From a virus: a stretch of 64,000 nucleotides of DNA. Numbering within the stretch: position 1 is the stretch's first letter; each line of letters opens with the position of its first letter. Location: the IMG/VR virus record IMGVR_UViG_3300037541_000522, positions 1 through 64,000 of that record. One strand, 5' to 3'. The translations under genes were made by a program, and so were the position numbers. The notes below the pieces were generated by a model. The model worked only from the letters and a program-made list of their open reading frames with translations, ran no database searches and was not told the origin of the DNA. Shown piece by piece: positions 50,576 through 57,464 of this stretch.

Positions 50576-50576
50576 T

Positions 50577-51047
50577 TTAGTTTGAAAGAATAAATTTTAG
50601 TCGGTCTGCTGCGTAACTTGCTGCAAATGCTTGAGGTTTAACTTGTGCTTCTATATTACAGGTGCCACGAATATATCCAATAGCTTGAGAAATTACTTGT
50701 GAACTAGCATAGCGATCATCTGGATTAATATCTAGATGCACTTCTACGTGTCGGTCTTGGAGTACATCGCTTAGCTCATTAAATAGCTGTGCGACCTTAT
50801 ACACTTCACCCATGAGTCGTAGCGCAGGCTTATCTCGGCGTTGATCATAGTCTCGCTCACGAGTAATATGACCAAATATCTTACAGCCGTGTTTGCCTTC
50901 AATGTGAACTACAACCGCTAGGTAGTATTCAGCCATCCAGCAATCACCACCACTTACACGCTCACTATCTGCGCCCAAGTATATTCGAGTATCTGCGCTT
51001 TGAGCACTAATAAACTGTTTAATTTCGTCTAGGTCGAATTGTTTCAT
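50577..51047 (-). CDS. RNase H-like YkuK (DUF458) family protein
   Basis: IYLGADS, EVHLDIN, AASYAAD; start at MKQFD. Confidence 0.75.
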   Translation of the reverse strand: MKQFDLDEIKQFISAQSADTRIYLGADSERVSGGDCWMAEYYLAVVVHIEGKHGCKIFGHITRERDYDQRRDKPALRLMGEVYKVAQLFNELSDVLQDRHVEVHLDINPDDRYASSQVISQAIGYIRGTCNIEAQVKPQAFAASYAADRLKFILSN

Positions 51048-51053
51048 GATTTG

Positions 51054-51127
51054 TGGCAGGGGTACTTGGAGTCGAACCAAGAATATGGGAATCAAAATCC
51101 TGTGTGATACCGTTTCACTATACCCCA
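51054..51127 (-). tRNA. tRNA-Gln (TTG)
   Basis: TGGGGTA...TTTTGAT...GCCA. Confidence 0.9.
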
Positions 51128-51129
51128 CT

Positions 51130-51204
51130 TGGCTCCACAGGCTGGGATCGAACCAACGACCAATTGATTAACAGTCAACTGCTCTACCGCTGAGCTACTG
51201 TGGA
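51130..51204 (-). tRNA. tRNA-Asn (GTT)
   Basis: CTGTTAA loop, GCCA end. Confidence 0.92.
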
Positions 51205-51392
51205 ATATAATTAAGCTGTGCTAGAATGTACCGGTATACTGTTCTACGAGGTTCATCCCCTGACTCCAACATTTGGAGTGGAGTTTGCATACCAAATGCA
51301 CGATTAGGTGATTCGTACCACTTGTCTACTAGCTCTTGTGAACCTAGCATACTCTTTAGGCACATATTAAGTGTAGCGTATGGATACTTCAT
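51195..51392 (-). CDS. Stand-alone Xre/MbcA/ParS antitoxin C-terminal-like (DUF2384) protein
   Basis: W...PNRAFG.QTPL.ML motif. Confidence 0.6.
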   Translation of the reverse strand: MKYPYATLNMCLKSMLGSQELVDKWYESPNRAFGMQTPLQMLESGDEPRRTVYRYILAQLNYIPQ

Positions 51393-51409
51393 TCAGATTC
51401 CTAAGTGTA

Positions 51410-51495
51410 TGGTGCCCCGAGCCGGACTCGAACCGGCACGCATTTTCAGCGAGGGATTTTAAGTCCCTTGTGTCTACCTATTTCACCATCAGGGC
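51410..51495 (-). tRNA. tRNA-Leu (TAA)
   Basis: CTTAAAA loop, variable arm, ACCA. Confidence 0.92.
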
Positions 51496-51500
51496 TTAGA

Positions 51501-51716
51501 TCAGACTAGTACAGTTCCCCTGTCGTAGAGGATATAGATATTTTGGAACTGCTGGTGCATTAGGTCAAGGTCGCGGATCGAGCAGTAGGGTCCGCCTTCA
51601 ATTTGAAAGTCTTTGCCACCCTGCCAGTCGCGGAGCGCTTGCTCACGAGTCTTATACTGGCGACCATAGGCAGGCAGCAAGAACATGGGACTAGTAACTT
51701 GGTTCAACGCTTCCAT
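51501..51716 (-). CDS. Hypothetical protein (LPAYGRQYK...W..GKDF)
   Basis: ORF downstream of a promoter. Confidence 0.65.
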   Translation of the reverse strand: MEALNQVTSPMFLLPAYGRQYKTREQALRDWQGGKDFQIEGGPYCSIRDLDLMHQQFQNIYILYDRGTVLV

Positions 51717-51745
51717 TTAGATTCCTAAATTGTCACAGAAATAAT

Positions 51746-51774
51746 ATTATAGCAAATCTGCGATTTAGGGTCAA
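51746..51774 (-). promoter_or_regulatory. sigma70-type promoter
   Basis: TTGACC-17-TATAAT. Confidence 0.8.
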
Positions 51775-51788
51775 GACAAAAATTTTCT

Positions 51789-51862
51789 TGGCCTCCCCAT
51801 ACGGACTCGAACCGCAACCAACAGTTTTGGAGACTGTGATGCTGCCATTACACCATGAGGAG
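51789..51862 (-). tRNA. tRNA-Trp (CCA)
   Basis: CTCCAAA loop, GCCA end. Confidence 0.9.
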
Positions 51863-51867
51863 GTTAG

Positions 51868-51941
51868 TGGTTGCGGGAGAGGGAATCGAACCCCCATCTG
51901 GAGCTTATGAGACTCCTGAATTACCTTTACTCTATCCCGCG
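51868..51941 (-). tRNA. tRNA-Met (CAT), initiator-like
   Basis: CGCGGGA.../...TCCCGCAACCA with C1:A72 mismatch and A11:U24. Confidence 0.85.
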
Positions 51942-51949
51942 AAAATTAG

Positions 51950-52093
51950 TTATTGTGAGCGATTGAACCAGTTACTAGTAGTAAGCCAGCGCTTTTCTAG
52001 ATCTTCTAGTTCTTTGTGGTCTTTAGGGCCGTATTCTTTGACATAATCCTCGAATGTGTACGGACGAACAAATTCCAGGACGCGCTGCCACAT
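51950..52093 (-). CDS. Small protein (47 aa, MWQRVLEFVRPYTFEDYV...)
   Basis: Manual translation; abuts the upstream gene. Confidence 0.55.
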   Translation of the reverse strand: MWQRVLEFVRPYTFEDYVKEYGPKDHKELEDLEKRWLTTSNWFNRSQ

Positions 52094-52094
52094 A

Positions 52095-52334
52095 TCAGCG
52101 ACTTTCATTATTTACAAAGCCGTATAGCTCTTTGGCTTTCTCTAGAATATCTTTAAAATCATAAAACTTGGGCATATGCGTAGCCCAATCTTCGGGCTGA
52201 ACCTTGCCAAGCTCTACCATCTGGTGAAATGTTTGCTCTGCAAATTGTTTATTAGCTTCAAACTGTTGTTGAAGATAGCCCTGAGCAAGTTGTAGCAGCT
52301 CAGTGCGAATTTCGTACGGATTTTTAGTTGTCAT
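52095..52334 (-). CDS. Conserved phage hypothetical protein (KNPYEIRTELLQLA)
   Basis: ORF with CA-rich leader and aagga RBS. Confidence 0.7.
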   Translation of the reverse strand: MTTKNPYEIRTELLQLAQGYLQQQFEANKQFAEQTFHQMVELGKVQPEDWATHMPKFYDFKDILEKAKELYGFVNNESR

Positions 52335-52364
52335 GATACTTCCTTGTGTGTTGTGTGTGTAAAA

Positions 52365-52475
52365 GAAAAAAGCCGGTTACCTGTCCGGCATAACCCGTAT
52401 CGTCTGTTATGGATGACGCTAGCACTGCCGCGGCTAGTAACGGCTATAGCGGTTTAGGTTCTATAGCTAACCAGG
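52365..52475 (-). ncRNA. Candidate structured RNA (two hairpins plus H-type pseudoknot) ending in a terminator
   Basis: GCUAUAG/CUAUAGC, CUAGC/GCUAG, CGUC/GACG with loop CAUAAC pairing to GUUAUG; GCCGG/CCGGC-U6. Confidence 0.5.
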
Positions 52476-52477
52476 AT

Positions 52478-52556
52478 TGGTCTCGGGGGTGGGATTCGAA
52501 CTCACGATCTCCTGCTCCCAAAGCAGGCGCTTTAAGCCGGACTAAGCTACACCGAG
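52478..52556 (-). tRNA. tRNA-Pro (TGG)
   Basis: TTTGGGA loop, ACCA. Confidence 0.92.
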
Positions 52557-52558
52557 TA

Positions 52559-52635
52559 TGGCACACCTAAGGGGATTCGAACCCCTGATCTACTCCGTGA
52601 AAGGGAGTTGTCCTAGGCCGCTAGACGATAGGTGC
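52559..52635 (-). tRNA. tRNA-Glu (TTC)
   Basis: CTTTCAC loop, GCCA. Confidence 0.92.
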
Positions 52636-52794
52636 TTATTTTTTCGGCGGTTTAGGGTAAGGTTTCTTGCCCTTGTCACCTTCACGAGCATGAATAGCTG
52701 CTTCAGCAGCTTTACATGACTCTAGTGTGTCAAACTGGCAGTTGCCACGTTGACCATATTTGTACTTACCGTTTGCGCATTTATAGCAAGGCAT
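52636..52794 (-). CDS. Small Cys/Lys-rich protein (52 aa, MPCYKCANGKYKYG...)
   Basis: Manual translation. Confidence 0.6.
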   Translation of the reverse strand: MPCYKCANGKYKYGQRGNCQFDTLESCKAAEAAIHAREGDKGKKPYPKPPKK

Positions 52795-52796
52795 GG

Positions 52797-53102
52797 TTAA
52801 TCCAGTGCAGGAATTTTTGTTAGAGTTTTTGTTTTATGCCCTACAATAGTATCTGTAGGCTTGTACTCGCCATCTTGTTCCCTGTACACTCTGATTAAAG
52901 CACCTGGGTCATCTGGCGTTCCTGTAATTTTAAAACTACTACCGGGGATTTGTTCCTCGCCATTAGTAATTACTTTGGTAACTTTGCCACGAGCAGTACC
53001 GCCGCTTGAATTCCAACTAACGCTATCGCCCCTTTTAACATTTTTTGCTTTAGTAATTATAGCATCTAAGGCTGCTATAAGCGTTTCTGTAGAGTAGTTC
53101 AT
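52797..53102 (-). CDS. DUF2945/Tudor-like domain protein
   Basis: KRGDSVSWNSSGGTARGKV; start at MNYSTE. Confidence 0.65.
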   Translation of the reverse strand: MNYSTETLIAALDAIITKAKNVKRGDSVSWNSSGGTARGKVTKVITNGEEQIPGSSFKITGTPDDPGALIRVYREQDGEYKPTDTIVGHKTKTLTKIPALD

Positions 53103-53113
53103 AGTATTCTCCG

Positions 53114-53206
53114 TGGCAGTGAGTGTGGGATTCGAACCCACGGACCCGGTTGACCCGAATCGACGGTTTAGCAAACCGCTGCCTTAAGCCACTCAGCCAA
53201 CTCACT
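53114..53206 (-). tRNA. tRNA-Ser (GCT)
   Basis: TTGCTAA loop, long variable arm, GCCA. Confidence 0.92.
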
Positions 53207-53212
53207 AGGTTA

Positions 53213-53313
53213 TGGTAGAAGGGGTGGGAATCGAACCCACATTAACTGCCTTATCTGGACAGTGCTTACGAGTTTATAAGGCTCGCCCTAAGGCCAATAT
53301 TAGCAACCCTTCC
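53213..53313 (-). tRNA. Aberrant 101-nt tRNA-like RNA, apparent anticodon TAT
   Basis: Acceptor GGAAGGG/CCCTTCT-ACCA, canonical T arm, odd D arm, very long variable arm. Confidence 0.65.
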
Positions 53314-53319
53314 ATTAAC

Positions 53320-53436
53320 TTATGCATCTAGTTTGCGATTTAGTTGACCACGAACTTGTTTATGGGTTTTGGTATGTGAACCCGCCCTACGTTTGCGGGC
53401 TAGTGCCACATACGGATTACGAGGTTTTAGTTTCAT
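53320..53436 (-). CDS. Small basic peptide (38 aa, MKLKPRNPYVALARKRRAGSHTK...)
   Basis: Manual translation; first ORF after a promoter. Confidence 0.6.
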   Translation of the reverse strand: MKLKPRNPYVALARKRRAGSHTKTHKQVRGQLNRKLDA

Positions 53437-53492
53437 GATATACCTAAATTAAATATAAATTACTTTGCAGTTTTAATCAACGCCAAAGTAAT

Positions 53493-53521
53493 ATTATAGC
53501 AAACTAGATTGCATAGTTCAA
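53493..53521 (-). promoter_or_regulatory. sigma70-type promoter
   Basis: TTGAAC-17-TATAAT. Confidence 0.75.
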
Positions 53522-53531
53522 TATTAAAATT

Positions 53532-53747
53532 TTAACTGTCTTGTTCTACATAACGATAGTGTTTAGTTATCTCTGTAAAACATTCTTGAAATTGATCGCG
53601 GGCTTGTAGGAACTGTGTATAGGCTTGAGCACCGTTAGTTGCTAGAGCAAGACTAGCTGCACCCAAGTCATCTACAGCTTGCATTATGGTTTTGTAATCT
53701 TGTTCTTGTTTTGGGCACCAGTATTTATGAATTTTTAAAGCTGACAT
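53532..53747 (-). CDS. Small helical hypothetical protein
   Basis: ORF track; last gene of the fibre-like operon. Confidence 0.6.
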   Translation of the reverse strand: MSALKIHKYWCPKQEQDYKTIMQAVDDLGAASLALATNGAQAYTQFLQARDQFQECFTEITKHYRYVEQDS

Positions 53748-53853
53748 TTTTACTACTTTTTATTTAACTGTAATTTGAGAGCAGTCACACCCGCATGTAA
53801 TCTACTATAGTGCAGCCGCCTCATCTATAGTAGTGTTATCGATACCGTCCTCC

Positions 53854-54258
53854 TTATATTACGTTCCAATTTGTTCCGCGGAACACTAGTGTAATTGCTC
53901 CATCTGTGGCGGCTAATATTGTGTAGCTTGCTGCATTTTCAATGGTTTCTGCACCATTGGGCGTAACGGTAATATCGCTGGTTTGTCCAGCTTCGCTTTT
54001 GATAACTACTGTTCTACCGTCTACACCGGCAGTTAGGTTAATAGCAATCGCAGCTCCAGTGCCTACTACGCCTAAGTAGTAATTTGGAGTAGTACCTGCA
54101 CTGTCTAGGGTATAGGGACTTGCTGCGTTGTTGACTAGCTGTGTATTAACAGTTTCATTTCCTACAACAGAAATAACGCCGTTAGTAACTGTAATATTTG
54201 ATCCAACCTTTACTACACCGTAGTTGGTGGTTGAGGTTAATGGTGAATTATATGCCAT
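53854..54258 (-). CDS. Fibre-like protein: shared N-terminal motif plus beta-sandwich domain X
   Basis: MAYN..L.STT.YGV.KVGS N-terminus; IKSE.G....ITVT...ETIE...ITLVF.GTNW C-terminus. Confidence 0.7.
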   Translation of the reverse strand: MAYNSPLTSTTNYGVVKVGSNITVTNGVISVVGNETVNTQLVNNAASPYTLDSAGTTPNYYLGVVGTGAAIAINLTAGVDGRTVVIKSEAGQTSDITVTPNGAETIENAASYTILAATDGAITLVFRGTNWNVI

Positions 54259-54296
54259 GGATTTTCTCCTGTTATTGTTATTGTTGGCACTGAAAA

Positions 54297-54602
54297 TTAC
54301 CCTGCTATACTCTTCCAGTTAGTGCCGTCGTAAGTAAGTAGTACGCGGCTATATGGAGTATTTAATATTGCAAAACTTGCACCATCAATGGTTTTTCCAC
54401 TGGGTGCAGTAATAGTTATAGGATTTATTTTTGAATTACCTGAAAAATCTTTGATATAATAAGTTTTACCAGTATTACTTCCAGATAGGTTTGGTAGTAC
54501 CAGTGATGACGCAGTTGTTACATTACTAAATATAACCTCATCGTCTTTATCAATTGTGGCGGGTGTTGTTGTAATAGTTCTAGTATCATAAGTTATACTC
54601 AT
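54297..54602 (-). CDS. Stand-alone domain X protein
   Basis: LP...GKTYYIKDFSG....NPITIT....TIDG...L.YDGTNW. Confidence 0.7.
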   Translation of the reverse strand: MSITYDTRTITTTPATIDKDDEVIFSNVTTASSLVLPNLSGSNTGKTYYIKDFSGNSKINPITITAPSGKTIDGASFAILNTPYSRVLLTYDGTNWKSIAG

Positions 54603-54603
54603 A

Positions 54604-55164
54604 TTATCCTATCCTTGTTAGTGTAACCTTGACTGCATAACCTGTTGGTCTAACAGGATTTACTTGAGCAGCTAGTGGGCTAAAACCAGTAGTTATATCT
54701 GGACTACTCCAACAGGTTTGTATGTTATCTCCTGCTGCTAAACTCAGTGTATAATTACCGCTTAAGAATACTATAGATAATACGTTTGTTAGTTGTAACT
54801 CTTGTGCTGAGCCTGTTATATCTACACCGTTTTTTCGTAACCATATACTTAGTGTGGCTGTGCCACCGCTGGTTTTTGTGGTTATAAGTGTAAATATTTG
54901 AGTATATATACCTGCATTTGCAACAGTGATATTGTTACCGCCGCCGCCTATGCTTACTCCATTAGCTGGGCCTAATGTATCAAATGTAATAACATTAACC
55001 TGATTAGCAACTGGATTAGTTTGTGGGGTACTACTATTAACAAATCCATATTCGCCAAAACTGCTGCTAGTTGCAGTAACAATACCATTTGTTACACTTA
55101 ATCCACTTCCTACTTTGATTACGCCATAGTCTGTGGTACTTGCTAGTGCTTGATTATAGCTCAT
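54604..55164 (-). CDS. C1q/BclA-C-terminal-like protein with shared N-terminal motif
   Basis: MSYN..L.STT.YGV.KVGS; ITVANAGIY, WLRKNGVDI, LSLAAGDNI; ATGA overlap with the upstream gene. Confidence 0.65.
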   Translation of the reverse strand: MSYNQALASTTDYGVIKVGSGLSVTNGIVTATSSSFGEYGFVNSSTPQTNPVANQVNVITFDTLGPANGVSIGGGGNNITVANAGIYTQIFTLITTKTSGGTATLSIWLRKNGVDITGSAQELQLTNVLSIVFLSGNYTLSLAAGDNIQTCWSSPDITTGFSPLAAQVNPVRPTGYAVKVTLTRIG

Positions 55165-55652
55165 ACTACATTCCATTCTATGCCATTATAGACCAAACCA
55201 ATACTGCCCCAGTCTGTGTCTAAAACATAAGTTAATTCGCCATCAATACTACTGCCTGTAGTAGTCACAGTAATTGGATTTGTATTAGCATCCCCCGCAC
55301 TATCTTTGATAATAAACACTTTGCCAAGGGTTCCACTAGGAAGTGTAACCGTTACTGCACCATTATAAATTACGCCTAAAAAGTACTCATCTGTGGTAGC
55401 ACTATAGGTTGGCGTATCTATGAGTTGCACAGGCACATCTGCTAGTGAGCCTGGTGGTCCTTGTGGTCCTTCCGGACCCTGAGGACCAGGTGGTCCTGGT
55501 GGACCGGGTGGTCCGGGCGTGCCTATGCCATAGTTGATAAATAAGTCATTATCTTCCATGATTGGAGGCGGCAGGGGCGGAGCAGGAACAAGAGCAAACC
55601 CTTGCTTTTGCCACATAAATGGTGGCAATAAGTGTTGTTTTTGTCTTTGCAC
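55161..55652 (-). CDS. Collagen-like protein with domain X
   Basis: About 8 G-X-Y triplets (GTPGPPGPPGPPGPQGPEGPQGPPG); TVTLP...GKVFIIKDSAG C-terminal domain. Confidence 0.8.
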   Translation of the reverse strand: MQRQKQHLLPPFMWQKQGFALVPAPPLPPPIMEDNDLFINYGIGTPGPPGPPGPPGPQGPEGPQGPPGSLADVPVQLIDTPTYSATTDEYFLGVIYNGAVTVTLPSGTLGKVFIIKDSAGDANTNPITVTTTGSSIDGELTYVLDTDWGSIGLVYNGIEWNVV

Positions 55653-55666
55653 AATAATCTCCTATA

Positions 55667-55701
55667 AAAAGCGCCCCCAGGTCTTTTGAACGTGGGGGGC
55701 C
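55667..55701 (-). terminator. Terminator/attenuator after the coiled-coil gene
   Basis: GCCCCCCA...UGGGGGC-GCUUUU. Confidence 0.65.
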
Positions 55702-55717
55702 AACCGTTAATTAGAGA

Positions 55718-56479
55718 TTATCTAATATTTGTATTTGTGTTTGCTGGATTAGCGGTTTGTGTTCCACTACCAACATTGATTGCTGAGTTAGTATTCTGAA
55801 TGTTTTGAGCAAGGGCCCAGAGAGCATTGTAAAGCTGACCGTATTGTTGTTGCTGTTGAGCTTGCTGTTGCATCTGGTTAACAGTGGTTGTTGTATTGAC
55901 CTCTACACCACGTGTACGCTCTGCGGTATCAAAACGAGATTGCAGTGCAATAATGTTTGCATTAGCATCGCTGAGTTGACGGTTTAGAGTGGCTTCGTAT
56001 TGACTAGTGATTAAGGCACGAGTCTTGTCACCATCATTGTTAATGTCTTGTGCCAACTGGTAACGGTTTTCCATTACTTGTTGTTGTACGCCATTAAGTT
56101 GCTGTGAAAGCAGCATAGCGGTCGCATTAACTGCTTCTTTGGTACCGTCAACACGAGTTGCCAATGAGCCTGTTTGTGCATTGAGCTGGTTTGTAAAAGC
56201 AATGGTTTGATTGGCTTGTGACGCTTCCATGGCTGCTGTACTAACAGCTACTGCCTTGTCTACTTGACCAATGCTCTGCATTAGGCTCATGTTGGCTTGA
56301 ACTTGCTCAGGCGGACTACGTAGAGTTGCTCCAGCAGCTGCGCCATCTCCTCCAAAGAGATTACCATTGTTGCGTAGGAGCGAGCCTAGGATAAGACCGC
56401 CAATAAGACCGCCGCCTCCGAAAAGACCGTCGCCGCCGCCACTCATCATCATGCCTGCAGGTGTGATTGATTCTGCCAT
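55718..56479 (-). CDS. Gly-zipper N-terminus plus long Q/N/A-rich coiled-coil protein
   Basis: GGGDGLFGGGGLIGGLILGSLL then ~190 aa with heptad character; strong GGAG RBS. Confidence 0.8.
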   Translation of the reverse strand: MAESITPAGMMMSGGGDGLFGGGGLIGGLILGSLLRNNGNLFGGDGAAAGATLRSPPEQVQANMSLMQSIGQVDKAVAVSTAAMEASQANQTIAFTNQLNAQTGSLATRVDGTKEAVNATAMLLSQQLNGVQQQVMENRYQLAQDINNDGDKTRALITSQYEATLNRQLSDANANIIALQSRFDTAERTRGVEVNTTTTVNQMQQQAQQQQQYGQLYNALWALAQNIQNTNSAINVGSGTQTANPANTNTNIR

Positions 56480-56554
56480 TTTGTTCTCCGTTTTTTATTA
56501 TTGTTTGTGGAGTTAAACGGCTACTAGGCCGGCAAGCCTAGCTGCCGACCATAA

Positions 56555-56758
56555 TTAACTAACTATGGGTTTCTCTGTGATTACTTCGTACTCATCTAGG
56601 GTAAGGCACTCGTCGTGTTTACTTAACCACATCAAGTTTTCCATCATATAGTTTATATGATCTTGCGTTACCTTAGGGTCTTTGATATGTTCTAAGAGCT
56701 TTTTCATGAGTTTAGGGCTAACCTCAATCTCTACGAACTTGTAATATTTATCGCCCAT
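56555..56758 (-). CDS. Small hypothetical protein (probable paralog of next gene)
   Basis: I.V...LM.KLLE....LTLDEYEVI. Confidence 0.6.
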   Translation of the reverse strand: MGDKYYKFVEIEVSPKLMKKLLEHIKDPKVTQDHINYMMENLMWLSKHDECLTLDEYEVITEKPIVS

Positions 56759-56961
56759 TAAAAACCCCCTCTATCAACTATTGTGTCATAGTGTTTCATA
56801 GTGAGGAGAGTATTTGTTTGCATTAGCCTGATTAGGTGTTCTGCTACAAAGTGCAAATCTTTATCGTGTTTAGCATCTTCGCGCGCAAATTCCATCAATC
56901 TAAGCATTAGCGGAACATCGACTGAAATAATGTCTAATCCGTTATATGCCATCATACACAT
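56758..56961 (-). CDS. Small conserved phage protein (VDVPLMLRLMEFAREDAK)
   Basis: ORF track. Confidence 0.65.
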   Translation of the reverse strand: MCMMAYNGLDIISVDVPLMLRLMEFAREDAKHDKDLHFVAEHLIRLMQTNTLLTMKHYDTIVDRGGF

Positions 56962-57019
56962 CTCCGTGTGTTTAAATTCCCCTTACGGGGGCTGTTTGGG
57001 TTGGTTCCCAAATCTTTTA

Positions 57020-57094
57020 TGGTGGACCGCCGGAGGATCGAACTCCGACCTATGCCGTGCAAAGGCACCGTGCTCCCATTATCACTAGCAGCCC
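57020..57094 (-). tRNA. tRNA-Ala (TGC)
   Basis: G3:U70, TTTGCAC loop, ACCA. Confidence 0.92.
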
Positions 57095-57412
57095 TTAATA
57101 ATAATATACGTGTGGTTTACGTCCTACTGCGGGCGGATCTACTAGCTCTAGGTCTGTGGTCTTGAGCACTGCGTGCTCCCATACACGGCCACGACGACGC
57201 TGTGGACGATTCATAGTAATACGAGTCCACCAGCTAGGTGTTGTGCTATACCAGCGAAAATGACAGTAGTTTCTACGCTTTTTAGTTTTCTTGCCCGCAA
57301 CTTGTATGTAACGAAAACCAAAGCTACTAGTATCTACACGAATAGCATCGTATAAGTAGTGATCTTCTGGATACGCTACAGTGTGCGGTTTATCTTTTAG
57401 AGTACGACTCAT
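57095..57412 (-). CDS. Basic hypothetical protein (MSRTLKDKP...TPSWWTR)
   Basis: GGAG RBS; start at MSRT. Confidence 0.65.
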   Translation of the reverse strand: MSRTLKDKPHTVAYPEDHYLYDAIRVDTSSFGFRYIQVAGKKTKKRRNYCHFRWYSTTPSWWTRITMNRPQRRRGRVWEHAVLKTTDLELVDPPAVGRKPHVYYY

Positions 57413-57422
57413 TATTATCTCC

Positions 57423-57464
57423 AAAAAACCATAGTTCAAATCACGAGTATGAGTTGAACTATGG
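57423..57464 (-). terminator. Intrinsic terminator ending the ncRNA operon
   Basis: CCAUAGUUCAA...UUGAACUAUGG-UUUUUU. Confidence 0.85.
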
